A DNA stretch of 64,000 nt from an uncultured Verrucomicrobiae bacterium (GCA_963719495.1 CAVRCI010000015.1:1-64000); one strand, 5' to 3'. Counted from the first letter of the stretch, positions 18,467-29,189 are shown. Made by a program: numbers and translations. Notes: generated by a model not told the origin, from the letters alone.

Positions 18467-18633
18467 GGGAAGATACTACGCGCCTAGGCAAGGGGGCGGT
18501 TCGGGGAAATTTGAAATGCGGAATGGGGAATGTGAAATGGCGTGCGGCTTCGCCGGGCTTGGGGGTGGGGAGCGGTGAGGGAAGTGCGGCTTCGCCGGGT
18601 TGGTTGGTGATCGGCTGGAAGCCGATGCCACGG

Positions 18634-18939
18634 TTATTTCATGGTGTCGGTGAGCATGAGGACGCGTTGGCGCATGACTTTGCCGGCCTTGAATTTGACC
18701 GTGGCTCTGGCGGGGATGACGACGTCGTCTTCCGGCTTGTTGGGGTTGCGACCGACGCGGGACTTGGTGAGCTTGACCTCGAAGACTCCGAAGTTGCGGA
18801 GTTCGACGTTGTTTCCTTCGGCGAGGGCGTCGGTGATGTAGTCGAGGGTTTTTTGAACGACCGCGAAGACGTCTTGTTGAACCTGACCGGTTTCGTTGCT
18901 GATGCGGACGACGAGGTCGCGTTTGGTAAGATTGCCCAT
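18634..18939 (-). CDS. HU/IHF-family DNA-binding protein
   Basis: LTKRDLV, VELRNFGVF, GRNP, VKFKAGK. Confidence 0.93.
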   Translation of the reverse strand: MGNLTKRDLVVRISNETGQVQQDVFAVVQKTLDYITDALAEGNNVELRNFGVFEVKLTKSRVGRNPNKPEDDVVIPARATVKFKAGKVMRQRVLMLTDTMK

Positions 18940-18996
18940 TGGGTTCAGATAAAAGTGGTTACGCTGAGGGAGCAAATCCCGGACCGACTGGCGACC

Positions 18997-20709
18997 TCAT
19001 TCGTGTAACCGATTCGTTTCCTCGAGAGACTGGCGCAGAACGTTCATTTGTGTCGCGAATTGCGCGTCGAGTTCGGCGGTGGGGACGGGCAGGCGACAGG
19101 TCCAGTTTTCCATGCCGATGGCGCCGGGGACGTTGAAGCGTTCGGCGGTGCCGAGGATGTCGGTGATGAGTGGGACGACGAGCCAGGAATTCGACGCGAG
19201 GAGGGCGTGCTGGCTGGCCTGGTGGACGTCGGCGTTGAAGGGCTGGTCGGCGAGGTCGGGGCGGGCGGCGAAGCGCATGAGCTCGGACATTTCCCATTTG
19301 GCGTGGTTGGCGGTGTCGACATCGTCGCCCTGGGATTGCTCGAACCATTGGGTCCACATGGCGCGGAAGGGCGGGTGGTCGTGGGTGGCGTAGCAGGCGA
19401 GGGAGAGGCGCTCGTAGTCGGCGCCGAGGATGATCTGGCCGTCGGGATGGCGCTCCCACTGGGGGATCTTGAAGCCGGGGATCTCGAGGTCGATGAGGGA
19501 GGGGCGGCAGTAGGGGGGGACGGAGCCGAGGTCTTCGGCGACGAGGCGGTGCTGGCCGGTTTCTTCGAGCATCATGCGGAAGAGATTCTCGCCGTGGCGT
19601 TTGTTCATCGCCCGGTGCTCGGGCGTGTCGTCCTCGTGGGGGACGAAGCCGGGGAGGCGGCCGTCGGTGAGGGCTTTCGCTTCGGCGGGCGTGAGGTCGA
19701 GGAAGGTGTCGTTTTCCTCGGGCCGCCACGGGAAGCTGTAGATGCGGAAAAATCCGAGCGCGTGGTCGACGCGGACGAAGTCGAAGGTGTCGAACATGCC
19801 GCGGAGCCGCCGCCGCCACCACGCGTAGTCGTTGCGGGCCATGGCGTGCCAGTCGTAGAGCGGGAATCCCCAGTTCTGGCCCCATTGCATGACAAACGGG
19901 GCACTTTGAAAGACCGTCTCGGGTGGAGCGCCGGAGGAGCGGATGAGGTCGAACTCGTCGGGTTCGCTCCAGACGTCGCAGCTGTGAATGCTGACGCCGA
20001 CGGGGAGGTCGCCCATGATCGAGACGCCGAGGGTGGCGAGTCGCGCGCGGACGTCGGCCCATTGGGCGTAGGCGATCCACTGGACGTAGGTGAAATATTC
20101 GGCCAGCGCGTCGAGCCTGGCGCGTTCGTCGGTCGCGAGGGTGGTGAGCCATTTGCGAGCCTCGACGAGGGTGCGTTGACCGGCGTCCCAGAGGTGAGTG
20201 ACCTCGGAGCCGTCGTGGAGGGCGACGAGGGCTCGGTAGAGCGCGTAGGGTTCGAGCCAGTCGGCGTGCTGGGCGCGGAAGGCGGCGAAGTCTTTCCGTC
20301 GGGCGGCGGTGGCTTTCGTCGCGAAGCGTTCGTGAGCGACCTGGAGGAGTGCGGTCTTGAGCGCGCGGACGGCGGCGTAGTCGACGGGGCCGGAGCGGAG
20401 GGCGGCGAGGTCGTGGGTGGCGGTGATGCGCTTGAATTCGGTCTTGGTGAGGTCGGGGAGGGCGGGGGGCGTGGTGGCGATCGTGCTCGGGTCGAGGGCC
20501 ATCGAACTGATGACGTTGTAGGGCGAGTTGTCGCCGCCGCTTTCGTTGATCGGGAGGATTTGAATGATCCGGAGGCCGTGGTGGGCGGCCCAGGTGCCGA
20601 ATTCCAGCAGAGCGGCGGTGTCGCCGATGCCGAGATCGTCGGGACCGCGGAGGGCGAAGACCGGGGCGAGGACGCCGGCGATTTTTTGGTCGGGAGTGGG
20701 AATATACAC
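18997..20709 (-). CDS. malQ: 4-alpha-glucanotransferase (GH77)
   Basis: IQILPIN, SPY, MGDLP, GAPP, QNWGFP, RVDHALG, AEDLG, ATHD. Confidence 0.93.
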   Translation of the reverse strand: MYIPTPDQKIAGVLAPVFALRGPDDLGIGDTAALLEFGTWAAHHGLRIIQILPINESGGDNSPYNVISSMALDPSTIATTPPALPDLTKTEFKRITATHDLAALRSGPVDYAAVRALKTALLQVAHERFATKATAARRKDFAAFRAQHADWLEPYALYRALVALHDGSEVTHLWDAGQRTLVEARKWLTTLATDERARLDALAEYFTYVQWIAYAQWADVRARLATLGVSIMGDLPVGVSIHSCDVWSEPDEFDLIRSSGAPPETVFQSAPFVMQWGQNWGFPLYDWHAMARNDYAWWRRRLRGMFDTFDFVRVDHALGFFRIYSFPWRPEENDTFLDLTPAEAKALTDGRLPGFVPHEDDTPEHRAMNKRHGENLFRMMLEETGQHRLVAEDLGSVPPYCRPSLIDLEIPGFKIPQWERHPDGQIILGADYERLSLACYATHDHPPFRAMWTQWFEQSQGDDVDTANHAKWEMSELMRFAARPDLADQPFNADVHQASQHALLASNSWLVVPLITDILGTAERFNVPGAIGMENWTCRLPVPTAELDAQFATQMNVLRQSLEETNRLHE

Positions 20710-20823
20710 GCGGCGGCGTTCCTAGAGCGGTCCGGGGTGGGGCGCAAGTCGGCATCGCGTGGGGCGGTCGATTCGCGTGGGGCGTTGAAAGTTTTTCGAC
20801 CTCGGAATACGGTCCGCGGCTCG

Positions 20824-22119
20824 ATGAAGGTGAAAATTTCCCAGGTGTGTCTGTTTGCGGTGGTGGGCTTGGGAGTCGCGCTGACGGCGAGCCGGGCTAG
20901 GGAGTTGGACGGGGTCGTTCTGGTGATCGCGGACGGGACTTCGCAGGAATTGATCACGGCGACGCGGGTGTATTCGCTGGGGGTGCGGGGGAAGCTGGCT
21001 TTGGAGGATTTTCCAAATACGGCGGTGGTGCGAACGTTTTCGGCCAATGACGTGGTGACCGACTCGGCGGCGGCGGCGACGGCGATGGGGCGGGGGATCA
21101 AGACGGTGAATGGGTTTGTCGGGTTTTCGCCGCAGAGCCCGAAGCCGGCACCGGAGAGCATTCTCGACATCGCGCGGGCGGAGGGGTGGTCGACCGGCGT
21201 GGTGTCGGACGACGCGGTGGTCGGCGCGACGCCGGTGTCGTTCCTGGTCGAGCACCCGAAGCGCGGCGAATACGCGGCGATCGCGGCGAAGTTGATTCCG
21301 CAGATGGGTTGGCGGGCGGACATCGTGCTGGGCGGTGGGGATCAGTGGTTTTTCGACGGGGGCGAGGGGGTTGCGAGCGAATACCGGGAGGGGGAGCTCG
21401 AGATCGTCCGGCGGAACACGGAGGCGCTGGCCGCGGCGCCGGTGGAGGTTTTTCGGAAATGGGAGGATTTGCGGGCGGGGATCCGCGGTGACCAGCCGGT
21501 GCTCGGGCTCTTCGCGTCGAATACGCTTCCGTATTACGCGGATGGGACGCGGGAGTTGCGGTTGGTCGACATGACTCGGGCGGCGCTGGATTTTTTGAAG
21601 GCCAAGGGGCGGCCCTATTGTCTGGTCGTCGAAGCGGCTTTGCCGGACAAGGCGTCGCACGCCAACAACGCCAAGCGCGCGATGGTCGAGGTGCTCGAGT
21701 TGGACGCGACGTTGGCTTATCTGCGCAAGGCGGTCGGCGAAAACGCGCTCATCCTCGTGACGACGGACCACGGGACGGGCGGGATCGCGCTGAATGGTTA
21801 CCTGAAGAACACGGTGAAGGGAGACATCCTGCTGCGGACGAATCCGGGGACGGGCTCGAGCGCGCTGACGTTCGCGAGTGGGCCGGGTGGGAATCCGGAT
21901 GCGAATCGGCGCGGCGACACGATGCTGGACGCGGCGGATCCCGATTTTTCGCAGCCGGCGTTGGTGGCGAAGGATTCGGCTTATCACACGGGGGGTGACG
22001 TGTGGTTGCTGGGGAGCGGGCCGGGGAGCGAAGTCGTGCGGGGGTATCTCGATAATACCGACATCTTCCGGATTCTGCTGGCGGCGATCCGGGGGGAGGC
22101 GGTCGAGAAGGAGAACTAA
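20824..22119 (+). CDS. Alkaline phosphatase
   Basis: Signal peptide, IADG, VTDSAAAATA, DKASH, TTDH, HTGGDV. Confidence 0.9.
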   Translation: MKVKISQVCLFAVVGLGVALTASRARELDGVVLVIADGTSQELITATRVYSLGVRGKLALEDFPNTAVVRTFSANDVVTDSAAAATAMGRGIKTVNGFVGFSPQSPKPAPESILDIARAEGWSTGVVSDDAVVGATPVSFLVEHPKRGEYAAIAAKLIPQMGWRADIVLGGGDQWFFDGGEGVASEYREGELEIVRRNTEALAAAPVEVFRKWEDLRAGIRGDQPVLGLFASNTLPYYADGTRELRLVDMTRAALDFLKAKGRPYCLVVEAALPDKASHANNAKRAMVEVLELDATLAYLRKAVGENALILVTTDHGTGGIALNGYLKNTVKGDILLRTNPGTGSSALTFASGPGGNPDANRRGDTMLDAADPDFSQPALVAKDSAYHTGGDVWLLGSGPGSEVVRGYLDNTDIFRILLAAIRGEAVEKEN

Positions 22120-22212
22120 ACAGGATTATGCAGGATTTTCAGGATTAACTGGATTTTTAGGAAAAGGAGCCGGAGGCCGGATTTCTCAATCCTGTAAATC
22201 CAGTCAATCGAG

Positions 22213-23928
22213 TTAATCCCGTTTAGTTGGCTCAGCGCGTAGATCGTAGATGGTGAAGCCTTCGCCTCGGGCGATAACGGGGAGTTTGGTCGACCATTGC
22301 TTTTGGCCGCCAGTGTAGCGTTGGCGTTCGGGGCGGCCCCAGTAGAGGTAGTCAACGCCGAGGCGGTCGGCGTCTTTTCGCCAGCCGGGTTGTTGGGTCA
22401 TGAGGTTTTCGAGGGCGTCGTAGGTGGCGCGGTAGTCGAGGCCGTGGCTCCAGAGGTGGCCTTCGTAGCCGGCGGCGACCGGGCGTCCGGCGAGGATGAG
22501 GGGGTGATTGTATTCCGGCGCGGCCGCGAAGCGGGCGGTGGGCGGGAGGTCGCGGATGGCGGATGCCGTGAGATCGAGATCGGCGCGGTTGACGAGCGAA
22601 TAGCCGTGGCGGCCGTCGAGGCCGCCGACGAGCGAGAGGGCTCCGCTGAAAAAGAGGACGAAGAGGGCGGCCGACCGGCCCCAGAGTGGGAGGGGGCGCA
22701 GGGTTGATTCCCAGACGAAGGGGACGACGGCGAGCCAGCACCAGAGCATGATCTTCACGTTGTCCCACGGCCAGGGCGCGAACGAGACGAAGCAGCAGAG
22801 AAGGAAAAACGCGGTGGCGGGCGCGAGGATCGCGAGCGCGTTGCGGTCGCGGCGGAGGATGGCGAAAACGAGCGCGGCGATCCAGAGGACGGGGATGAGG
22901 CCGAAATTCCGCACCCAGAACCAGATCGGGTGATCGTCCTGGAGCCAACCAGCCTGCCAGTGAATGCCGCCGGCGGACGAGAAAATGCCGGTGACGAGAA
23001 CGACGCAGATCGTCGCGGGGAGGATGGAGAAAATGACGAATTGTCGGGCGGCGAGGCGGCTGGTGGCGAGCGGGGCGAGGAGGTAGACGCCGAGAAGGAC
23101 GACGCTGAGGAAAAGAAACGTGTGGACGCTGGCGAGCGGCATCGTGGCGTAGAGGAGGAGGGCGGCCCAGCGGGGGAGGGTGGTGCGGGGATCGTCGAGC
23201 AGCCAGCGGGCGCGCCAGTCGTCGAGGAGGAGGAGGCCGGCCGGGAGGGCGAGGAGGAGGCCGCGCTGGGTGACCAGCATGGTGAGGAAGAAATTTTTCC
23301 ACGGCCACTCGGCGTCGGCTTGAAAGTCGGTGAGGGTCGAGTTCCCGGTGCCGAACGCGACGAACGCGGCGAGGCCGCCGCTGAAGAGGAGCGCGGCGAC
23401 GGCGAATCCGCGGCCCCAGCGCCAGAGCGACCAGCCGGTGAGCAGCGCGCCGACAAAACCGACGGCGACGAGGCCGCGGTTGATCGGGACGCCGACGAGC
23501 AGGAGGAGGCTGTTGAAGAGATCGGTGCCGACCGGGTAACGCAGCGTCTCGCCCGCCAGGATCTGGGCTTCGGGCCAGAACGGGACGCCGGAGGCGAGGT
23601 AGTTGACGAGGCCGAGGTGGAGCGAGAGGTCGCCGAGGTTGTAGGGCGAGAGGACGAAGAGTTCGCCGTCCTTCGGATAGATGAGCCAGAGGAAGGCGCG
23701 GAGGCTCGCGAGGATGAAGGCTGCGATGACGAACCACTCGGCGGGTCGCGGTCGGAAGGGCGGATCGCGGTCGGACTGGATGGCGGTGATCGTTCCCGCG
23801 GCGACGCCGACGAGGAGCGCAAGCGTGGCGGTGACGGGGCCGAGACCACCCGAGACGATGCCGAGGAAAATGGCGGTGACGTTGGCCGCGGCGACACCGG
23901 TGAGCAGGCCGGAGCAGAGGCGCGTCAT
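22213..23928 (-). CDS. Polytopic membrane protein, probable GT-C-fold glycosyltransferase
   Basis: Many TM segments, GDLSLH and YP motifs, soluble C-terminal domain; ATGA overlap with the upstream gene. Confidence 0.6.
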   Translation of the reverse strand: MTRLCSGLLTGVAAANVTAIFLGIVSGGLGPVTATLALLVGVAAGTITAIQSDRDPPFRPRPAEWFVIAAFILASLRAFLWLIYPKDGELFVLSPYNLGDLSLHLGLVNYLASGVPFWPEAQILAGETLRYPVGTDLFNSLLLLVGVPINRGLVAVGFVGALLTGWSLWRWGRGFAVAALLFSGGLAAFVAFGTGNSTLTDFQADAEWPWKNFFLTMLVTQRGLLLALPAGLLLLDDWRARWLLDDPRTTLPRWAALLLYATMPLASVHTFLFLSVVLLGVYLLAPLATSRLAARQFVIFSILPATICVVLVTGIFSSAGGIHWQAGWLQDDHPIWFWVRNFGLIPVLWIAALVFAILRRDRNALAILAPATAFFLLCCFVSFAPWPWDNVKIMLWCWLAVVPFVWESTLRPLPLWGRSAALFVLFFSGALSLVGGLDGRHGYSLVNRADLDLTASAIRDLPPTARFAAAPEYNHPLILAGRPVAAGYEGHLWSHGLDYRATYDALENLMTQQPGWRKDADRLGVDYLYWGRPERQRYTGGQKQWSTKLPVIARGEGFTIYDLRAEPTKRD

Positions 23929-25430
23929 GGCGCGCCGACGGTGGGTTCGTTTTCGAGAAGGTCGCCGAAGACGGAAGCGCGGAAGTAGGCCACGCAATCC
24001 TCCTGGGCGTCGCGGAGGCGGAACGGGCGTTTGACGTAGGGCTCGCGGAGGGTGCGCTCGAAGTCGTCGGCCTGGCTGGCGGCGATGGCGATGAAGTCGG
24101 CCGATCCGGAGTTCGGTCGATCGTCCTTGTAATACCCGACGTTGTCGAAGTCGCCGAGCATCCAGGGGAGCGGGTAGTAGCTCTCGAGAATGATGTCGCC
24201 GCGGAGGTGGTAGGCGGCCGGGTCGCGGCGGGCGAGTGCGAGGAGCGGGTCGGTAAAACGGCGGATGGCGGGGAACGTCTGGACGTAGACGTAGGGTTCG
24301 CGGGGGTTCGCGAACTCGAGGGCGTTCAGGCGGAAGGACAGGAGGGACGAGATCCCGACGGCGACGGCGGCGACGCGGGGGACGGTCGCGTATTTCGAAA
24401 ACTCGGCGATGGTCGCGCCGAGGATGAGGCCGAAGGGCCAGAGCAGGGAGATGATGAGCCAGGGGGTTTTGTAGGGGATGAGGCTGTAGGCGAGAAGGGT
24501 GCCGCCGCCCGCGATGGCGAGGTAGCGAAGGATGGCGGGGGCGGGCCAGAGGAGTCGGACGCAGGCGAGGAGGCCGAGGAGGTGGAGGAATTCGTAGCGG
24601 GCCATGAGGGTCGGCCAGTAGAAGTTGAGCGGGCCGAACTGGTAGTCCGACTTGGCGTGGCCGCCGGCTTTGACGCCGGTTTCGAACCAAGCGAGGAAGG
24701 TTTCGTAGAGTCCGGTGAGGCCGCGCCAATCGAGGAATGTGCCGGAGTAGAAAAATACGATCACGCCCAGGGAGGCGGCGACGGCGGTCGCGATGTCGCG
24801 GCGGGATGCCTGTTGGGAGACGGAGGGGACGGCGGGCTCCGAGGGCGATCGGCGCTGCCAGAAGAACAGACAGGGGAAGGCGAGCGCGAGGCTGACGAGG
24901 TGAATGATGTAGGTCTCCTTGGTGAGGACCATTCCGGTGATCCCGGCTGCGAGGGCTACGAGACCGCGGCGCTCACCGGTGGTCCAGAGCGCGAGGATGC
25001 CCCAGGTGGTGAGCATCGTGAAAAAGACGAGGCCGGATTCGTGGATCGAGTAGCGCCCGTAGAAGACGAACGCGGGCGAGACGGCCATGATGATGGCGGC
25101 CCAGCGGGCGGCGGAGCGACCGATGAAACGGGCAAATTTGAGCGTCATCCAGACGGCGGCGACGCTGGCGAGAATGGCGGGGAGGCGGAGCGCCCAGAGG
25201 TTCCGGCCGAGGAGTTGCTGCGAAACGAACACCGCGTACATGTGCAGCGGGCCGTGGTAATTCGTGGGGTCGTAGTGGTAATAGCCTTGGGCGGCGATCC
25301 GGTCGGCGAACCAGCCGTTCACGCCTTCGTCGAAGTGCGCGGGCTTGAGGTCGAGCGCGGCGAGGCGCAGGACGACGGCGAGCAGGAGGATGAGGGTTTC
25401 TGGCCGCAGGACGCGGCGGCGGACGGTCAC
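23925..25430 (-). CDS. PMT/ArnT-like GT-C glycosyltransferase (TIGR03663/Agl23-like)
   Basis: HFDEGVN, YHYDPTNYHGPL, YGRYSIHE, TKET, YKTPW. Confidence 0.78.
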   Translation of the reverse strand: MTVRRRVLRPETLILLLAVVLRLAALDLKPAHFDEGVNGWFADRIAAQGYYHYDPTNYHGPLHMYAVFVSQQLLGRNLWALRLPAILASVAAVWMTLKFARFIGRSAARWAAIIMAVSPAFVFYGRYSIHESGLVFFTMLTTWGILALWTTGERRGLVALAAGITGMVLTKETYIIHLVSLALAFPCLFFWQRRSPSEPAVPSVSQQASRRDIATAVAASLGVIVFFYSGTFLDWRGLTGLYETFLAWFETGVKAGGHAKSDYQFGPLNFYWPTLMARYEFLHLLGLLACVRLLWPAPAILRYLAIAGGGTLLAYSLIPYKTPWLIISLLWPFGLILGATIAEFSKYATVPRVAAVAVGISSLLSFRLNALEFANPREPYVYVQTFPAIRRFTDPLLALARRDPAAYHLRGDIILESYYPLPWMLGDFDNVGYYKDDRPNSGSADFIAIAASQADDFERTLREPYVKRPFRLRDAQEDCVAYFRASVFGDLLENEPTVGAP

Positions 25431-25581
25431 GGGTGGGAATTAGCGGGAAACGGCGGGGAGGGGCAAGGGGGAACGTGAGTGGTGATTGGTGAGGGGTGAA
25501 TGGTGATTGGTGGGTGAGAGTTGTGTGCGGGGCTGGGGGTGGGTTTGGGGCGTTTGGCTGGTTTGCGGTGAAGTGTAAGCC

Positions 25582-25690
25582 AGAGATCTTTCACTTCGTT
25601 CAAGATGACAGTGGTTGGACGAGGGGTTGCTTCGCAACGGCAATGCTGCCCCCCAAACCTGTCATCCTGAGCGGAGCGAAGAGCCGTCGA
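25582..25690. repeat. TGTCA-type REP pair; also 31032-31172 and 52961-53057
   Basis: tgtcat(c/t)(c/t)tgagcg(g/a)agcgaa arms in inverted pairs at three intergenic sites. Confidence 0.8.
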
Positions 25691-25764
25691 CAGCCTCTCA
25701 TTTCGGACTCAGCTAAAAGAGGCAATCTCTGGCGTCTCACCGTTGGTCGTGCCTTTTGCGAATG

Positions 25765-27063
25765 TCAGTCCGGGCTTGCGAGCACCCCGCAGGTTCGGTC
25801 GGTGGCTCCGATGTGGCGGTCGAGGACGGCGCGGCCGTTCGCTACCAATGCCTCGGCGCGTGACGGGTCGCTTTGGAGAGCGAGGATCGTCGGGGCGAGG
25901 TCGGAGTCGGTCTGGACTTGGATGGCTCCTTCGTGGCGGATGAGGTCGCGGGTGAGGACCTGAAAGTTCTGCATGTTGGGGCCGAAGAGGACGGGGACTC
26001 CTGCTTGAATCGCTTCGGCGGGGTTCTGGCCGCCCTTCGACAGGAAACTTTTGCCGACGACGACGACCGTGGCGCAGCGATACCAGTCGCGGAGCTCGCC
26101 GGTGGAATCGACGACGAGAACGGCGGGATTTCGGATTTCGGATTTCGGATTTCGGATTTTTGAGCGGAGGGCGGTTTGTAGGCCGAGGGACTCGAGGTCT
26201 TTGGTGATTTCGGGGGTTCTTTCGACGTGGCGGGGGACGGCCAGGTAGATCCAGGTTGGGTCGGTTTTTCGGAGCTCGATGAGGGTTTGGGCCAGGAGCT
26301 TTTCCTCTCCCGGGTGGGTGCTGGCTCCGAGGAGGATGGGGGTGGTTTTTGCGATGCCCAGTTCGTCGAGGAGGGGGCGGAAGTCGTTCTCCGGTGGCTT
26401 GGCGGGGTTGTCGAATTTGATGCTGCCGGTGAGGTGAAGGATCGACTTGCGGACGCCGAGGGTCTGCCAGCGGTCGATGTCCTCGGGGTCGGGGACGCAG
26501 ATGGCGTCGAGGGTGTTGAAGATGGGGCCGGTGATCCAACGGGCTCGGCGGTAGCGGGATTCGGAGCGGGGGGAGAGTCGGGCGTTGACGAGGATGGCGC
26601 GGCCTCCTTTGGCGCGGACGCCGGCGACGAGATTCGGCCAAACTTCGGCTTCGACGAGGATGAGCTGGGGCGGGCGGATGAGCGCGATGGCGCGGCGGGT
26701 GAAGAGGATGAAGTCGAGCGGGTTGTAAATCGGCTCGAGCCAGTCGGAGCGGTGGCTGTTGGCGAGGGCGAAGCCGGTCGATGTGGTGGTCGAGAGGACG
26801 AAGGCGCGGTCGGGTTCGCGCTCGCGGAGGCGATCGATGAGCTTGAGGGCGATGAGGACTTCGCCGACGCTCACGGCGTGGACCCAGGTGCGGGGGCGGG
26901 CGGAGAGGCGGGTGCGGACGTTCGTCGAATAGACGGCGAAGCGCTGGCCGAACTTGTGCCGGTATTTTCCGCGGCGGAGCATTTTCCAAATCAGGCCCGG
27001 GAGCATGATGAGGGCGATCAAGGGGTAGGCCGCGTTGTAGAGGAGGCGGACGAGGGCGGTCAC
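25765..27063 (-). CDS. waaA: 3-deoxy-D-manno-octulosonic acid (Kdo) transferase
   Basis: WVHAVSVGE, EAEVWPN, NARLS, ASTHPGEE, VPRH, DSTGEL, GGQNPAEA, FGPNMQNF. Confidence 0.93.
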   Translation of the reverse strand: MTALVRLLYNAAYPLIALIMLPGLIWKMLRRGKYRHKFGQRFAVYSTNVRTRLSARPRTWVHAVSVGEVLIALKLIDRLREREPDRAFVLSTTTSTGFALANSHRSDWLEPIYNPLDFILFTRRAIALIRPPQLILVEAEVWPNLVAGVRAKGGRAILVNARLSPRSESRYRRARWITGPIFNTLDAICVPDPEDIDRWQTLGVRKSILHLTGSIKFDNPAKPPENDFRPLLDELGIAKTTPILLGASTHPGEEKLLAQTLIELRKTDPTWIYLAVPRHVERTPEITKDLESLGLQTALRSKIRNPKSEIRNPAVLVVDSTGELRDWYRCATVVVVGKSFLSKGGQNPAEAIQAGVPVLFGPNMQNFQVLTRDLIRHEGAIQVQTDSDLAPTILALQSDPSRAEALVANGRAVLDRHIGATDRTCGVLASPD

Positions 27064-27617
27064 CGGGGAATCAGGAAGGCGACGGCGGATTCGCCGTAGG
27101 ACTTGGTGCGGATGGCTTGCCAGGCCGTGGTCTGGAGGTCGGGGAGGGGGCGGTGGGAAACGCTTTCGAGGATGAAGGTGCCGCCGGGTGCGAGGGCGGC
27201 GGGGAGGTGCGGGTCGGCGAGGAGGTCGGCGACGAAATCGCGGTCGGCGTCGTTCTTCCGGTAGGGCGGGTCGGCGAAGATGAGGTCGAAGGTCGCTGGC
27301 GTCGAATGGATCGAGAGGTAGCGGAAGACGTCCGTCGCCAGGACGCTGCCGGTGAGCTTGGTGCGGGCGAGATTTTTGCGGGCGATGGCGGCGGCGGCGG
27401 GGTCCGCGTCGACGAAGGTGGCGGTGGTGGCGCCACGGCTGAGGGCCTCGATGCCGAGGGCGCCGGAGCCGGCGAAGAGGTCGAGGACGCGGGTGCCGGG
27501 GACGGCGTCGGCGAGGCTGGAAAAGATGGCGGCCCGGACTTTGTCCATGGTGGGCCGGGTCGTGCGGGGGGGCGGGGCGAGCGGGAGGCCTCCCGCGATG
27601 CCGGCGATGACGCGCAT
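27060..27617 (-). CDS. rsmD: 16S rRNA m2G966 methyltransferase
   Basis: MRVIAG, RPT, LDLFAGSGALGIEALSRGA, DPPY. Confidence 0.93.
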   Translation of the reverse strand: MRVIAGIAGGLPLAPPPRTTRPTMDKVRAAIFSSLADAVPGTRVLDLFAGSGALGIEALSRGATTATFVDADPAAAAIARKNLARTKLTGSVLATDVFRYLSIHSTPATFDLIFADPPYRKNDADRDFVADLLADPHLPAALAPGGTFILESVSHRPLPDLQTTAWQAIRTKSYGESAVAFLIPR

Positions 27618-27629
27618 CGGCGGGTGACC

Positions 27630-29153
27630 CTAGAGGCCGTCCGGCGCGGGCGTCGCCGGGCGGGTCGGGTTGCTGGCCTCGCGGACGGAGTCGTCGTCGG
27701 GGGCGCGGGTTTCGGGTTTGTTCTTTTTCTTCTTCTTGGGTTCCGGCTGTTTGAACATGCCTTTGAGAAATCCACCGAGGTATTTGCCGACGGTATCGCC
27801 GAGGACGCGTTCGGCGAGATCGGTTTCGGGTCGGGACGTTTGGCCGTAGATCTTGAAGGCGACCTGCTTGTAGTCGGCGTTCTCGGACGGGGTGAAGTTG
27901 TCGTTGAGGAGGCCGCGGAGACCGCGCTGGATTTTTTCGTTCACGAGGAGGCGGCCGTCGAGATCGAGTTCGCCGTCGAAGTCGATCGGGCCGGTGGCGT
28001 TGATGATGAGGTTCTCGGTCTGGAGGGTGAGGTCGGTGAGGTGGACCCGCTCGTCGCGGACGTCGAGTCGGAGCTCGGCCCGCTCGAGGTCGAGGGTCTG
28101 AAGTTCGTCGATGCGCAGGACCTTGCCGATCTGGCGGATGAAATCGAGCGGCTTCAAGCGGCCGTCCACGAGGTCGAATTGGCCGCGACCGGTGAACGTC
28201 TCGGGCTTCCCGGCTGTGCCTTTGAGCCGGAACTCGCCGAGGAGCGTGCCCTCGGCTCCGTTGCCGTCGCCGTGAGCCTCGTCGATGATTTCGGGGACGG
28301 AGACGTCGTCGAGGCGGAGACGAAGGTCGAACTGGGGTTGGCCTCGGGCGGGCGTGCGGGCGTGAAATTCGCCGCGAATCGCGCCGCCGGCGAGGGCGCT
28401 CTTGATTTCGGTGACCGAAAGCTGCGGGCCGTCCTGGGTGAATTCGGCGCGAAGTTTGCGCGGATGAAGGCGGTCGCCGAAGGCGAGCTCGTCGATGCGG
28501 ATGCTGCCGGCGACGGTGCCGTCGGGCTTCATCTCGCCTTCGATGCGGACGTTTTCGAGGACGACGACGGGGCGACCGCGCCGGTCGGTCATGAGGACGG
28601 AGCCGCGGCGGATGGAGAACTTGCGCAGTTCGACTTTGTAGGGTGGCGCGGCGTCGGCGGTGCGTCGGCCGGTTCCGGCGCCGCCCGGGGCGGGGGCGGT
28701 GGTCGTCGATTGGTTCGGCCGCGGCGTGGCGGCTGGGGTTCTCCGCGGTTCGACGGGGAGGAGTTCGCTCGGCGGGACGACGACCCACTGTTCGTCGTCG
28801 GTCTGGCGGAGCACGAAGCGCGGGTCGGTGAGGTTGATTTCGCTGATGACGAAACGGCGCTGGAGGAGCGGGAAGAACTCGAATTTCACCGAGAAGCGGG
28901 TGGCTTCCATCATCTTGGTGTCGGGAAGAATCGGGTCGGCAACGGAGAGGCCGGAGAGGCTCAGGCCGCTCCACGGGGTGTAGAGCGTGCGGCTGACTTT
29001 GACCGGCGATCCGAAGGCCTGGGCCGTCGCCTGGCCGATGCGCGACTGCACGTTCGCGGACTGCAGGTAGAGATTGATCCCGATGAGAAGGAGGATCAGG
29101 ACTGCCAGAAGACCCGCGAAAACGCCTAGAAAAACCTTGGCAATTCGCTTCAC
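27630..29153 (-). CDS. AsmA-like protein
   Basis: N-terminal anchor followed by repeated beta-strand pattern typical of the AsmA family. Confidence 0.7.
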   Translation of the reverse strand: MKRIAKVFLGVFAGLLAVLILLLIGINLYLQSANVQSRIGQATAQAFGSPVKVSRTLYTPWSGLSLSGLSVADPILPDTKMMEATRFSVKFEFFPLLQRRFVISEINLTDPRFVLRQTDDEQWVVVPPSELLPVEPRRTPAATPRPNQSTTTAPAPGGAGTGRRTADAAPPYKVELRKFSIRRGSVLMTDRRGRPVVVLENVRIEGEMKPDGTVAGSIRIDELAFGDRLHPRKLRAEFTQDGPQLSVTEIKSALAGGAIRGEFHARTPARGQPQFDLRLRLDDVSVPEIIDEAHGDGNGAEGTLLGEFRLKGTAGKPETFTGRGQFDLVDGRLKPLDFIRQIGKVLRIDELQTLDLERAELRLDVRDERVHLTDLTLQTENLIINATGPIDFDGELDLDGRLLVNEKIQRGLRGLLNDNFTPSENADYKQVAFKIYGQTSRPETDLAERVLGDTVGKYLGGFLKGMFKQPEPKKKKKNKPETRAPDDDSVREASNPTRPATPAPDGL

Positions 29154-29189
29154 GCCCGCAACCTACGCATCCACCCACGTTTGTGAAGC

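Noticed and set aside
19048..20823. Long N-terminal extensions in the ORF track (alkaline phosphatase, waaA, patatin, CPA1, menG, PPIase)
   Set aside because: They overlap neighbouring genes or tRNAs; starts were reassigned to signal peptides or stop/start overlaps.
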